64,000 nucleotides of DNA from an uncultured archaeon (GCA_964347045.1 CAYFXC010000001.1:32001-96000); one strand, 5' to 3'; positions 9,613 through 20,090 are shown, numbered from the stretch's first letter. The notes: generated from the letters alone by a model not told the origin. A program made the numbers and translations.

Positions 9613-9812
9613 GGGTCGATGGTCTAGATTCTCAGGAAACTAGCTTTCCTGGTCTAGTTTGGTATTGGACAAAGGATAAGTTCCTTCGAACCACCAAAGA
9701 TTCGCGGTTCGGGACCATGCGAACTATAAGTCTCATGGCGGGAATCCGTGAGATCCGGGGTTCAAAACCAGCCTGTATACGCCGGTTGGGGAAACTCCCC
9801 GTCGGCCCACCA
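9613..9812 (+). tRNA. tRNA-Pro(CGG) with four introns (9630-9659, 9666-9698, 9714-9744, 9767-9795)
   Basis: Removing the four BHB/BHL introns gives a 77-nt cloverleaf: GGGTCGA TG GTCT AGATTGGTA TGAT T CGCGG TTCGGGT CCGTG AGATC CGGGG TTCAAAT CCCCG TCGGCCC A CCA. Confidence 0.88.
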
Positions 9813-9910
9813 TTCACTTCCTAATAATTCTTAATGTGGAAAATTCGTCAGTTACCGTAATTTTAGTAAAATTGCGTAAAGCACTTAAAGTATAGTGAGT
9901 TGCCAGTAGT

Positions 9911-10648
9911 ATGCCAGTGGCGGCGCAAGTTAGACAACGTCTTGCTCGACGCATAGCAGGGGAAATCTCATTATCTGAGATCCCCGGTCGTATCATGCGC
10001 AAATGGCGCGAGATGTTTCACATTTCTCAAATCCAATTAGCAGAGGCTTTGAGAGTATCACCTTCTGTAATCAGTGATTATGAAAGTGGACGCCGTCAAT
10101 CGCCTGGCACAAAAACCATCAAACGTTTTGTTGAAACCATAATTACACTAGACGAACAAAATGGCGGCCAGGTGGTAAATGCTTTCCAACGCATGATGGG
10201 TGTAGAGATACCATCCAGTATAATTCTAGATATCAGCGAATTTAGTCATGGGGTTACTATCAAAGAAATCATTGAAAGCTTACGAGCACAAATTATCGTA
10301 GGCGAGGAACTCCTCGATCGCGAGGTTTTAGGGTATCTTATCGTAGATATCTCAGAAGCGTTAGATATTCTATCTAGTACCGGTTTTCTTAAACTATTTG
10401 AAGCAACTGAAGACCGCGTTCTAATTTTAGTTAATGTATCAACGGGACGATCACCACTTGTAGCCATGAAAGGTGAAATTAAACCAAGTCTTTTTGTACT
10501 ACATGGAGTAGAACAAATCGATTATCTTGCAATTGAACTTGCCAAACGAGAACAAGTGCCACTAGCAGTCTCCCGAATCGAATCAGTTGCGGGAATGTTG
10601 CGACGCTTACAAACTCTTCGCAAAAACTCCATCAATGAAAAACAATGA
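9911..10648 (+). CDS. XRE-family HTH transcriptional regulator (COG1709-like, DRTGG-like C-terminus)
   Basis: IAGEI...KWRE...SVISDYESGRR and STGRSP motifs. Confidence 0.85.
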   Translation: MPVAAQVRQRLARRIAGEISLSEIPGRIMRKWREMFHISQIQLAEALRVSPSVISDYESGRRQSPGTKTIKRFVETIITLDEQNGGQVVNAFQRMMGVEIPSSIILDISEFSHGVTIKEIIESLRAQIIVGEELLDREVLGYLIVDISEALDILSSTGFLKLFEATEDRVLILVNVSTGRSPLVAMKGEIKPSLFVLHGVEQIDYLAIELAKREQVPLAVSRIESVAGMLRRLQTLRKNSINEKQ

Positions 10649-10983
10649 GACAATTGAAAATGACAAATAAAATTGCTATAATCGGCGACACTGATACTGT
10701 TGTGGGTTTCCGATTAGCTGGTATCCTCAATTCTGAAATACCATCTGATGCCCTAGCAACGCGTCAAGCATTGCTGAACTTTTCAAGCGATTCGAATATT
10801 TCGATTGTTATAATCACGGAACCATTAGCTGAAGAAATCCGTGAAACCATCGAAGAATTATCCGAACGCCCCTACCCAGTTATTGTCGAAATTCCTGATA
10901 AAAGCGGTCGTCTTGAAGGTAAAGAGAGTTCAGTTCGACGGTTAGTGAAACGTGCAATCGGTGTAGAACTCGAAGGGTTTTGA
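10645..10983 (+). CDS. atpF: A/V-type ATP synthase subunit F
   Basis: IAIIGD.DTVVGFRLAG...VEIPD...VKRAIG; alternative start at 10660. Confidence 0.93.
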   Translation: MRQLKMTNKIAIIGDTDTVVGFRLAGILNSEIPSDALATRQALLNFSSDSNISIVIITEPLAEEIRETIEELSERPYPVIVEIPDKSGRLEGKESSVRRLVKRAIGVELEGF

Positions 10984-11069
10984 AAGATTCTAAATACCAT
11001 AAGAATTTTAACAACAGAATATAGCTGATAGAGAACCGAAAAGTGAATTATCATTTAAGGCGGCTGATT

Positions 11070-12845
11070 ATGACTACCCGAATAGGAAATATTCAACGAA
11101 TAGCAGGACCTCTTATCGAAGCAGATGGGCTCCTCGGAGTTACAATGTTTGAAGTCTGTAGAGTGGGAGGAGAAGAACTGATTGGTGAAGTAAACAGAAT
11201 CGTCGGTGATCGTGCTTTTATTCAAGTCTATGAAGAAACCTCAGGATTAAAACCCGGTGAAAAGGTCGTTGCCACGGGAACTTCACTTGATGTGGAACTT
11301 GGTCCAGGCTTAGTTGGATCCATTTTCGATGGAATTCAACGTCCACTCCCTATTATCAAAGAACAGGTAGGAGACTTCATTACAAGAGGAGTAACCGCAG
11401 AACCGTTACCGCGTGATAAGAAATGGTCATTTAAACCCATGGTAGAGAAGGGAGCTAATGTCTCTCAAGGAGATGTGCTTGGAACCGTTCAGGAAACCAG
11501 TGTATTTCTTCACAAGATACTCGTTCCTCCCGGAATCGAAGGCAAATTGACACACATTGTAGGAGAGGGAGATTATACAATACAAGAGGTCATTGGACAA
11601 GTCCAAACTGCCTCGGGTAAAGAAGACCTAAAGCTTTCCCAACGATGGCCTGTACGAATTGGTCGACCCTATAAGAGAAAAATTGCGACAGAAGTCCCCC
11701 TATACACAGGACAACGAGTTATTGACACGTTCTTCCCAGTCGCAAAAGGAGGCACTGGAGCCATCCCAGGAGGGTTCGGCACTGGAAAAACAGTAACTCT
11801 CCACCAATTGGCTAAATGGGCGGATGCTGAAATTATTGTTTATGTTGGTTGTGGTGAAAGGGGTAATGAGATGACAGAAGTTCTCGAAGACTTCCCCAAA
11901 CTCAAGGATCCCAAAAGTGGAAAATCGTTGATGGAAAGAACGCTACTTGTAGCCAATACTAGCAATATGCCAGTTGCTGCACGAGAAGCATCAATTTACA
12001 CTGGAATCACACTTGCAGAATATTTCCGTGACCAAGGTTATAACGTGGCCTTGATGGCAGACAGTACGTCTCGATGGGCAGAAGCACTCCGAGAGATTTC
12101 AGGACGATTAGAAGAGATGCCAGGTGAAGAAGGATATCCTGCATATTTGGGAAGTCGTCTAGCTGATTTCTATGAAAGAGCAGGACGAGTGCAAACCTTG
12201 GGAACGGATGAGCGAGTTGGTAGTGTTACTGTGACAGGAGCTGTCTCTCCAGCTGGAGGTGACTTTTCAGAGCCAGTCACACAATCAACATTACGGATCA
12301 CAAAGGTGTTTTGGGCACTTGACAAAGACATGGCTTCACGACGATTCTTCCCCGCAATCAATTATCTTCAGAGTTATTCTTTGTATAAAGACGAGTTAGT
12401 TCCGTGGTATTCAAAGAACATGGGAGACGACTGGCCCGAGCTAACTGAAGAATCTCTTTCTATTCTGCAACGCGACAAGGAACTTCGTGAAATTGTGCAA
12501 CTTGTGGGTCCTGATGCGTTACCAGAGCGTGAACGTGCAATATTGGAAGCTGCCAGAATGGTCAAAGAAGATTACCTTATGCAATCCGCACTTCATCCAA
12601 TCGATACATATTGCCCTGAATCGAAAAGTTACTGGATGTTGAAAATCATCATGAACTTCTGGCAAAAAATGCGCCAGGCGATTGATGATGGTATTCCACT
12701 TCGACGAATCATTGCACTTCCGGTTGTTGGGAAGATAGCGCGGATGAAAGTTCAACCTCATGAAGACCAAAATACGATGCAGCAATACTTCAAGGACCTT
12801 GAAAACGAAATTAACAACGAATTTATTTCCATTGAGGCAAATTAG
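11070..12845 (+). CDS. atpA: A/V-type ATP synthase subunit A
   Basis: [29 protein letters not shown]; no intein seen. Confidence 0.97.
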   Translation: MTTRIGNIQRIAGPLIEADGLLGVTMFEVCRVGGEELIGEVNRIVGDRAFIQVYEETSGLKPGEKVVATGTSLDVELGPGLVGSIFDGIQRPLPIIKEQVGDFITRGVTAEPLPRDKKWSFKPMVEKGANVSQGDVLGTVQETSVFLHKILVPPGIEGKLTHIVGEGDYTIQEVIGQVQTASGKEDLKLSQRWPVRIGRPYKRKIATEVPLYTGQRVIDTFFPVAKGGTGAIPGGFGTGKTVTLHQLAKWADAEIIVYVGCGERGNEMTEVLEDFPKLKDPKSGKSLMERTLLVANTSNMPVAAREASIYTGITLAEYFRDQGYNVALMADSTSRWAEALREISGRLEEMPGEEGYPAYLGSRLADFYERAGRVQTLGTDERVGSVTVTGAVSPAGGDFSEPVTQSTLRITKVFWALDKDMASRRFFPAINYLQSYSLYKDELVPWYSKNMGDDWPELTEESLSILQRDKELREIVQLVGPDALPERERAILEAARMVKEDYLMQSALHPIDTYCPESKSYWMLKIIMNFWQKMRQAIDDGIPLRRIIALPVVGKIARMKVQPHEDQNTMQQYFKDLENEINNEFISIEAN

Positions 12846-12914
12846 ATACAATACCATTATCAAATTAAAAGTACTTGCACACAACTCCTCCCACTTAGGG
12901 AAAGGCGTATTTCA

Positions 12915-13907
12915 ATGATAGATGAAACGCGAAAGGCAACACAATGGGGAAAAAGCAAAACGCTTGTAGTGAGCCTACCTCGTCGGTGGATAAAGAAGTA
13001 TGGGATTGAACCTGACTCGCAACTCCACTTACAAGAGGACTCGGAAGGCTCGTTACGCATTACTCCATTGCAAATTGCAGAAACGCCTTTCGAAAGGATT
13101 GCAACAGTCCGTCTTTTAGAACAGGATGAGTTGACACTTACAACTATACTTGAAACCTATTACATAGTAGGGTACGACCAATTAACAATCGAAAGTAGCC
13201 GAAGATTAAACGAATCTGTCCGAAAAATTGTAACAAAAATTGTAAATCAACTTCCGGGTTTTGAAATTTTAGAAAGTACTGATCGCCAAATCGTTATCAA
13301 AGGAGTTAGCGTGATTCGCGGACAAGATATTTTAGAATTTATCAAAATGAGTGGGAGAGCAGCAATTGAAAGTATTAATACACTCATTACAGGATTGCGT
13401 GAAGGTCCTGATGAAACTGAGCGAGTTGCCAATGAACTAATAACAGAGGGGTGGCGTCAACGTGGAAATTACCTCAGATCGCAACGCGAGTTAAGAAAAG
13501 CTATGAGTATTCGTCCACCTGGTTTTACACTTGAAATGGCAGACATCTTCGATACTTCATATTTCATCCTCCAGCTTAGTAGCGTTCATGAAAATGTTCA
13601 GTACATAGCAGAAGCGTTAACTCGACGTCAACCCCCTGAAGATCAGAATAAACTCGCTGTAGCAGCATTAACCAAGGTACATGATAACCTCAAAAAAGCC
13701 ATTTCTGCTTTTCTCCAGCGAAACCAAGAGATGGTTCGCCAAGTCTTGGGTGAAATTCCACTCCTACGCCAATGGAAGCGCCAAACGGAAACAATTGTCG
13801 ATGTTATGCGTGACTCAGTAATCACTCAGATAATATTAGATCGCATGGAAGAAATGCTAGCCTACAATAGTGCTATTGCAAAAGCAGCATTATTACTGAA
13901 AACCTAA
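12915..13907 (+). CDS. AbrB-PhoU family regulator
   Basis: N-terminal RK.TQ.G.S..VSLP..W AbrB domain, Y..GYD, two PhoU helical domains. Confidence 0.8.
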   Translation: MIDETRKATQWGKSKTLVVSLPRRWIKKYGIEPDSQLHLQEDSEGSLRITPLQIAETPFERIATVRLLEQDELTLTTILETYYIVGYDQLTIESSRRLNESVRKIVTKIVNQLPGFEILESTDRQIVIKGVSVIRGQDILEFIKMSGRAAIESINTLITGLREGPDETERVANELITEGWRQRGNYLRSQRELRKAMSIRPPGFTLEMADIFDTSYFILQLSSVHENVQYIAEALTRRQPPEDQNKLAVAALTKVHDNLKKAISAFLQRNQEMVRQVLGEIPLLRQWKRQTETIVDVMRDSVITQIILDRMEEMLAYNSAIAKAALLLKT

Positions 13908-14052
13908 TTCCATAAAACAACTCGTTTCAAACGGAATAATTTGGCTAAAACGTTTTCTCGTCTCAAGGTAATGCTTAAAAGTTGCACAAGCCTAGTGACC
14001 GAAGCCCGACACCCTTCAATGTAAGGATGTTCGAACCTGTGAGGCAGTAACA

Positions 14053-15486
14053 ATGACCGAAAGACAAGCTACCACTCTGAAACCTACTTACCAAACAGTC
14101 ACCACTGTTTCGGGACCACTTTTGATCCTTGACAAAGTTTCAGATGTTGCATACAATGAGCTAGTCGAAGTAACGGCGCCTGACGGCTCCCTCCGCCGAG
14201 GAACTGTGTTAGAAGCTATGCGCGGACGCGCAATTGTTCAGGTTTTTGAAGGAACCCGAGGACTCGATACAAAATCTACACGGGTTCGTCTGACCGGAGA
14301 AACAATGAAAACAGCTGTCACGATCGACTTGCTTGGACGCGTTCTCAATGGATCAGGAACCCCCATCGATATGGGACCTCCAATCGTACCCGATGACGAG
14401 TTAGACCTCAATGGCGCTCCAATGAACCCCGATGCACGACAATATCCCCGTGAATTTATTCAAACAGGACTTAGCGTGATTGACGGACTCAATACTCTTG
14501 TCCGAGGTCAAAAACTTCCCATTTTCAGTGGATCAGGACTCCCCCACGACCGAGTTGCGGCACAAATTACTCGCCAGGCAAAAATTCCTGGTAAAGAAGA
14601 ACAGTTCGCGGTTATTCTTTGCGCAATCGGAATCACAGCTGAAACGGCTCAATTCTATATGAAGACATTAGAAGAAACTGGAGCATTAGCTACCAGTGTA
14701 CTTGTGTTGAATCTTGCTGATGACCCACCTATCGAGCGCATCATCACTCCCCGTACGGCTCTCACCATCGCAGAATATCTTGCATTTGAACAGAACATGC
14801 ACGTGCTCGTAATTCTAACGGATATGCTTAATTATGCCAATGCGTTGCGCGAAATCTCTGCCGCGCGAGAAGAGGTGCCTGGTCGTCGCGGATATCCCGG
14901 ATACCTTTACACTGACCTTTCATCTATTTATGAGCGCGCAGGACGAATTATCGGACGAACTGGTACCATCACTCAAATGCCCATTCTTACCATGCCGGGT
15001 GATGACATTACTCATCCTGTCGCAGACCTCACGGGCTATATTACAGAAGGACAACTCATTACGAGCCGATCCTTACACAACAAAGGTATCTACCCACCCG
15101 TTGATCCCGCACCAAGCTTAAGCCGACTTATGAAAGAAGGAATCGGTGAAGGACACACACGAGCAGACCACAATGAGGTCCAAGCCCAGTTATATTATGC
15201 CGCCAGCGAAGGTTCTGACCTCCGAGACCTTGTTGCCGTCGTCGGTGAAGGAGCCCTTTCAGATAGAGATCGAGTTTATCTGGGCTTCATTGAAACTTTT
15301 GAGCAACTCTTTCTCAACCAAGGCGAGTTTGAAGAACGCACCATCGAACAAACCCTAGACCTAGGTTGGGAAATGCTCTCTCGATTCCCCGAACGCGAAC
15401 TCAAACGAATCGACCCCGAAACAATCGATAAAGCCAAAAACCAACAACTATATCGCTATTCCCCACTAGCGAGCGAAGCCAATTAA
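14053..15486 (+). CDS. atpB: A/V-type ATP synthase subunit B
   Basis: [34 protein letters not shown]. Confidence 0.97.
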   Translation: MTERQATTLKPTYQTVTTVSGPLLILDKVSDVAYNELVEVTAPDGSLRRGTVLEAMRGRAIVQVFEGTRGLDTKSTRVRLTGETMKTAVTIDLLGRVLNGSGTPIDMGPPIVPDDELDLNGAPMNPDARQYPREFIQTGLSVIDGLNTLVRGQKLPIFSGSGLPHDRVAAQITRQAKIPGKEEQFAVILCAIGITAETAQFYMKTLEETGALATSVLVLNLADDPPIERIITPRTALTIAEYLAFEQNMHVLVILTDMLNYANALREISAAREEVPGRRGYPGYLYTDLSSIYERAGRIIGRTGTITQMPILTMPGDDITHPVADLTGYITEGQLITSRSLHNKGIYPPVDPAPSLSRLMKEGIGEGHTRADHNEVQAQLYYAASEGSDLRDLVAVVGEGALSDRDRVYLGFIETFEQLFLNQGEFEERTIEQTLDLGWEMLSRFPERELKRIDPETIDKAKNQQLYRYSPLASEAN

Positions 15487-15523
15487 TTCTCTTCGTTCAG
15501 AGCAACTTCACCTAGGGAAATAA

Positions 15524-15766
15524 TTAGCGATAGGATTTAGGCCTGGTACTCAAGGTAAAGGCTCGAAAAACTGCATCTTTTCGGTAGCGAGAATTGATTT
15601 ATGGGTATATTTCTTTCAAACGCTTCTCAGCTATGGATTTTATTTTTCCTTCACATAATCGTTTGTAAGCAATACGCATACAGGATGATTGGCGCTGCAC
15701 ATGTAGATCAAGAATTTTAGCCTGTTCAGTTGAAGGGAAAATTCTACGACGTATGATTTTCTGCAT
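15524..15766 (-). pseudogene. tnpB: Truncated IS200/IS605-type TnpB-related N-terminal fragment
   Basis: MQKIIRRRIFPSTEQAKIL...SSCMRIAYKRLCEG...LKEIYP*INSRYRKDAVFRA; internal TAA at 15599-15601; no RuvC region. Confidence 0.7.
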
Positions 15767-15916
15767 CGCGATTAGATTATTCCAAAATCGTATTGTGATT
15801 TCTAATTGCTTTTAAAGAAAACCCAAAAAACCCAACAGAACCTGCTTGGCTCAAACAACCATGTTTATTACCAAAATGGTTTTAGGTCGATTTGATACCT
15901 CTTCATTTCAGAACTG

Positions 15917-16021
15917 GCGGCTTTGATCTAGTGGTTATGATCCAGGCCTCCCACGCCTGAGACCCGGGTTCGAAAGTTTGACACAACTACTTTGTCACCG
16001 AAAATCCCGGAAGCCGCACCA
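15917..16021 (+). tRNA. tRNA-Gly(CCC) with a 30-nt intron at 59/60 (15975-16004)
   Basis: GCGGCTT/AAGCCGC acceptor stem, CT-CCC-AC anticodon loop, BHB TTCG/CGAA with AAA and AAT bulges, encoded CCA. Confidence 0.93.
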
Positions 16022-16070
16022 TTTTTCGTTTTCCGAATGAATAAAAAGTTTAGAGACTATGGTAAAGTAA

Positions 16071-16155
16071 GGAGAATGGCAGTGACGACCTGACCCTCTA
16101 GACCCGTAGTTTACTATGAGGAATGACAAGGATCTTGAGTGCTGAGCCGTTCTCC
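16071..16155 (+). ncRNA. Box C/D guide sRNA
   Basis: 10-bp terminal stem GGAGAATGGC/GCCGTTCTCC directly flanking box C (GTGACGA, 16082) and box D (CTGA, 16142); internal ATGA elements. Confidence 0.75.
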
Positions 16156-16169
16156 ACCCATTTTACATT

Positions 16170-16964
16170 CTAGCTTGTAGTTGTTTTGGCGTACTTTTCG
16201 AAAATTGCCATGTACATGCATTCGTGTCGTGAAATGGTCAGTTTCTCCGGTCTAATCTTTTTCTTTGTAAACTCTACTGGAGCTCCACGAATTATCACGA
16301 GTGGAACTTGTTCATCAGCTTCCCCCAGTAAAAGTTGAGCGGCTGAAGCCAGATTGTCAGCAATTGCTGATCGTGTTATCCGAAGCGGTCTACCAAAGAG
16401 ATCTGGATGCCCTCGAAAATCCTTAATTGGTTCGATTCCAGCAACAGCAACTGCTAATCCAACAGTACCTAATCGGAGTGGTTGAGTTCGACTATCGGCA
16501 ATAATGACACCTAGTTCATGACCAGTTTTAGATTCCAACTCTGTTTTGATTTGCCAAGCGATCTTTGTAGGATTTGAGGGAAGTAGGACTACATGCCCCG
16601 CAGGTGCGTTTGATCGATCAATTCCAGCATTGGCCATTAGAGTATTATCTTTGATTGTGAGAAGAACGTGTGGAATGCCTCCAAGAATCTCATCTGCTTC
16701 ATCAAGAACGAGCTGGGCTAATGATGCCTCGAGATTGTATTGTTCAGATAACTCCTGGGCACGAGATGACACTCGAACACTACTCAATTTCCTAATTCGA
16801 TTTTGAGCAGTTGCTACTACGGTCTCGGCAATTACTAAGATATCATGAGAAGTAAGAGAGATTCCTTGTTGAATAATCGTCGAGGAGAACAGTTCAACCA
16901 AATTATCTCCTGGATTAATTATTGGTGTACGTATTCCAAAGAGTTCCATTTCATTCACACTCAT
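16170..16964 (-). CDS. cofE: CofE-family gamma-glutamyl ligase (F420-0:Glu ligase or FolC2-like)
   Basis: ANAGIDRSN, GVIIADS...PLRLG, ADNLASAA, GEADE. Confidence 0.88.
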   Translation of the reverse strand: MSVNEMELFGIRTPIINPGDNLVELFSSTIIQQGISLTSHDILVIAETVVATAQNRIRKLSSVRVSSRAQELSEQYNLEASLAQLVLDEADEILGGIPHVLLTIKDNTLMANAGIDRSNAPAGHVVLLPSNPTKIAWQIKTELESKTGHELGVIIADSRTQPLRLGTVGLAVAVAGIEPIKDFRGHPDLFGRPLRITRSAIADNLASAAQLLLGEADEQVPLVIIRGAPVEFTKKKIRPEKLTISRHECMYMAIFEKYAKTTTS

Positions 16965-17787
16965 TGGGCGATTGTAGAGCAGCGACCATCCTTATGCAAT
17001 CTTTAGTGGCACGAATGTCGTGGGTTCGAAGTATATGAACGCCTTCAAGGATAGCAATGGTTGATGCGGCGAGTGTTCCATAAAGACGGTTGTCAGGTGA
17101 ATCATAGCCTAGCACTTGTCCAATGAAATGTTTTCGTGACACACCAAGAAGAAGAGGTTGATTGAGAACACGAAGAGTCTTTAAATTTCTGATAATTTCT
17201 AAATCGCAACCAATGGGTTTTCCAAATCCTAATCCGGGATCAATTACACAGAGCTTATTGGAGATTCCATTAGTTTGAGCAATTTGGAGACTTTTCTTTA
17301 AAGCAGAAATAATATCAGGAAGGGACTTTTGATCACCCGGTTGCGATTCTGATGCCATAATAACACAACTGGCCTTTGCGTCTTTGATTGTGGCACCCAT
17401 AGCTGGATCAAATTTCAACCCTGATACATCGTTGACTATTGTAGCTCCGTTTGATAAGGCGACCTGTGCAACTTGCGCCCGTTGTGTATCAATAGAGACT
17501 GGTATATCCCATTTTTGAGTAATCTGCTTGATAACAATTTGAATTCGATTTATTTCTTTTTCAACAGAAACAGAGGGAGATCTTGGAGCAGTTGAAACAC
17601 CGCCGATATCCAATAGATCAGCACCTTCTTCGATCATTTTCTCTGCTGCTGAAACTGCTCGATGAGGAGATGCATAATAAGAGTGGTGATAGAATGATTG
17701 TGGATCAAGGTTAATAATTCCCATAACCGCAACAGGGCAAATATCCCCAACAGGTAAATTACCAAGTCGTGCATCAAGATGTGCCAT
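16951..17787 (-). CDS. folP: Dihydropteroate synthase
   Basis: MGIIN..P.SFY, DIGG.ST, SIDT, NDVSG, DPGLGFGK, SRK, RTHD. Confidence 0.93.
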   Translation of the reverse strand: MAHLDARLGNLPVGDICPVAVMGIINLDPQSFYHHSYYASPHRAVSAAEKMIEEGADLLDIGGVSTAPRSPSVSVEKEINRIQIVIKQITQKWDIPVSIDTQRAQVAQVALSNGATIVNDVSGLKFDPAMGATIKDAKASCVIMASESQPGDQKSLPDIISALKKSLQIAQTNGISNKLCVIDPGLGFGKPIGCDLEIIRNLKTLRVLNQPLLLGVSRKHFIGQVLGYDSPDNRLYGTLAASTIAILEGVHILRTHDIRATKDCIRMVAALQSPNECE

Positions 17788-17855
17788 GTGCGTCACCGAA
17801 AGCTTAATGCCACTTGCCCAAATAAGAACTCGACCGTTGGATTGAGGTAACAATC

Positions 17856-18992
17856 ATGACTAAGCCCCAATTACAAAAAACACACTTACATGATTGGCAT
17901 GAAACCCATGGCGCGAAAATGGCACCATTTGTCGGTTTTCGTATGCCCTTATGGTATAAGGCAGCAGTCCCTGAACATATTGCTACTCGGAAGGCAGCGG
18001 GCCTTTTTGATGTAACACACATGGGTAGAGCAATGATTAGCGGACCAGAGGCAACCAAGTACCTTGAAAACCTATTACCTACTCGAATTCACCAACTAGA
18101 CCAAGGAGCAGGAACTTACAGCGTCTTCTGTACTGATAGCGGAGGAATCATTGATGATCTATTCATATTCCGACTTGCTGAAGAAGAATATTACATAGTA
18201 GTTAATGCCGCTAATCGTAAGAAAGACTACTCATGGATGAAAAAACACAGCACTAACTTTGATGTTAAAATTACAGATATTTCTGATAAAACACCGATGT
18301 ATGCACTTCAAGGACCAGCTGCAGTTAGAATCCTAGAGAACCTTTCCTCTCAGGATTTATCATCAATTCCTCGGTTTAACGCCATTCAAACAAAACTCGA
18401 TGGTTTTGAAGTCATTGCTACACGAAGTGGTTATACTGGTGAAGATGGGTTTGAAATTGCTCAAGTCAATGTTAGCCTAAAGGAAAAGGAGAAAGCAGTT
18501 CAACTATGGGAAAGTATACTCAAAGAAGGAAAAGCCTCGGGATTAGTCCCTGTCGGATTAGCTGCTCGAGATACTCTTCGCCTTGAAGCAGGTATGGTTC
18601 TTTATGGCAACGACATAAACGAAGAAACGACTCCATACCAAGCCCGAATCGGTTTTGTCATTAACTTGAAGAAAGAGCAATTTATTGGAAAAGAAGCGTT
18701 AGTTATTGAAAAGCGAGAAAAACCTCAGCGTCTACGTGTGGGATTAATCCTATTAGGCAGAGGAATTCCGCGCACTGGAAATGCGATTTACGCGAAGGGT
18801 GAAGTGATTGGCGAAATTACAAGTGGTTCAATTTCTCCCATGATTCGAAAAGGCATTGCCCAAGGATATGTCCAACGCCCCTACCGAAAATCAGAAACAC
18901 TTGTCCACATCGAAATAGGAAATAAGAAGCGGTGGGCAGAAATTATACACCCTAAGAATCTACTTGGACATATCAAAAAACTCGCAAATTAA
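17856..18992 (+). CDS. gcvT: Glycine cleavage system aminomethyltransferase T
   Basis: LFDVTHMG, RSGYTGEDGFE, ARDTLRLEAG. Confidence 0.95.
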   Translation: MTKPQLQKTHLHDWHETHGAKMAPFVGFRMPLWYKAAVPEHIATRKAAGLFDVTHMGRAMISGPEATKYLENLLPTRIHQLDQGAGTYSVFCTDSGGIIDDLFIFRLAEEEYYIVVNAANRKKDYSWMKKHSTNFDVKITDISDKTPMYALQGPAAVRILENLSSQDLSSIPRFNAIQTKLDGFEVIATRSGYTGEDGFEIAQVNVSLKEKEKAVQLWESILKEGKASGLVPVGLAARDTLRLEAGMVLYGNDINEETTPYQARIGFVINLKKEQFIGKEALVIEKREKPQRLRVGLILLGRGIPRTGNAIYAKGEVIGEITSGSISPMIRKGIAQGYVQRPYRKSETLVHIEIGNKKRWAEIIHPKNLLGHIKKLAN

Positions 18993-19011
18993 AAAGACGC
19001 GCTAGTTTCGT

Positions 19012-19317
19012 CTATCGTGAATCCCAGTCATTTTCTACTTCTTGGACAAAAGTTACCAGCAATTGAGCAACAGGATGCTTAGGGTTAAGATGAAGAATGC
19101 GACGCCGACGGAAAAAACGGATATCTGAAACAATACCAGCTTTAATGAGTGGAAGAAGACAGCGTTCTACAGAAGAAACAGAAACGTTTGCACGACGTGC
19201 CAGCATTGAAAGGTGCATCGTCGTATCTTTTTGTTCAATGAGCACCTCTAATAAACGGATCTGAGGAGTATCCCCAAATAACTCTTTTAACCGTCCCATT
19301 TGTGTAGCCAACCTCAC
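19012..19317 (-). CDS. Small winged-helix DNA-binding protein
   Basis: LFGDTPQIRLLE...LARRANVS wHTH pattern. Confidence 0.7.
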   Translation of the reverse strand: MRLATQMGRLKELFGDTPQIRLLEVLIEQKDTTMHLSMLARRANVSVSSVERCLLPLIKAGIVSDIRFFRRRRILHLNPKHPVAQLLVTFVQEVENDWDSR

Positions 19318-19400
19318 CGCTCATGAAGGAAACAATTGACCATACAGAGGTACCTTTAGGAAAAAAATCTTATCGCCTGAAATCTTTATGACCTTTTGTA

Positions 19401-20090
19401 TTAAGAACTGGTTACCCGAGTCCCAATTTTTCCCTCATTTATTGCAAAAAGTATGTTTTGAGGATTTTTTCCATCAACAAACCATATTTCAATATCAGCT
19501 CGTTCGATGATATCAAGAGCTCGTTTATCAAATAACTGATATGCACCTGGTTCGTTGGCTAGAGTGGCCACAATATCTCGTAATTCACTTAACGTGATTT
19601 CAGTCAGAAGATTGGCCTCAAGAGATTGTTTAGGATCCCTGTCATATACGCCTTCAACATCAGTGACGTTGACTAAGACCTTGGCTTTTGTAAGTTCTGC
19701 AACTCGGGCAGCCACAGCGTTGGTTGATTGACCTGGATGAAGTCCTCCTAATACGAGTAATTTGTCCGTTTCATACAGGTTTGTTAATTGTTTTTCAGTC
19801 ATCACAGGAGTAGGATATGCAATACCCTCTAACGCTGCAATCATCAATTGTGCACAAACCCAAGTTGCAGCAATGCCTAATTGATCCAGTGTGTCGCGAT
19901 TAGCACCCAAAACCTTCCCTTTTTCAATCAATTTCTTTGCGAGCGCTCCCCCACCAATAACAAGAACTACCTCATGTTTTTCTCGTTTTAGTTGGTGTAC
20001 AATCTGTGAAATTTCTTTAAATTGGTCTAAATTAAGTTTTTGATCGCTATCAAACAGAAGAGACCCACCAATTTTAAGGACAAACTTCAT
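19401..20090 (-). CDS. pyrH: UMP kinase
   Basis: VLKIGGS, GGG, PGQSTNAVAA, DVEGVYD.DP. Confidence 0.93.
   Translation of the reverse strand: MKFVLKIGGSLLFDSDQKLNLDQFKEISQIVHQLKREKHEVVLVIGGGALAKKLIEKGKVLGANRDTLDQLGIAATWVCAQLMIAALEGIAYPTPVMTEKQLTNLYETDKLLVLGGLHPGQSTNAVAARVAELTKAKVLVNVTDVEGVYDRDPKQSLEANLLTEITLSELRDIVATLANEPGAYQLFDKRALDIIERADIEIWFVDGKNPQNILFAINEGKIGTRVTSS

Noticed and set aside
9731-9753. tRNA-Ser(GGA) reading of the CATGG-CGGGAAT-CCGTG hairpin
   Set aside because: It would need G33 and has no long variable arm. The segment is the 3' part of the 37/38 intron of tRNA-Pro(CGG).
9632-10002. ORFs 9632-9817 and 9814-10002
   Set aside because: Antisense to the tRNA-Pro gene and to the regulator start; no protein features.
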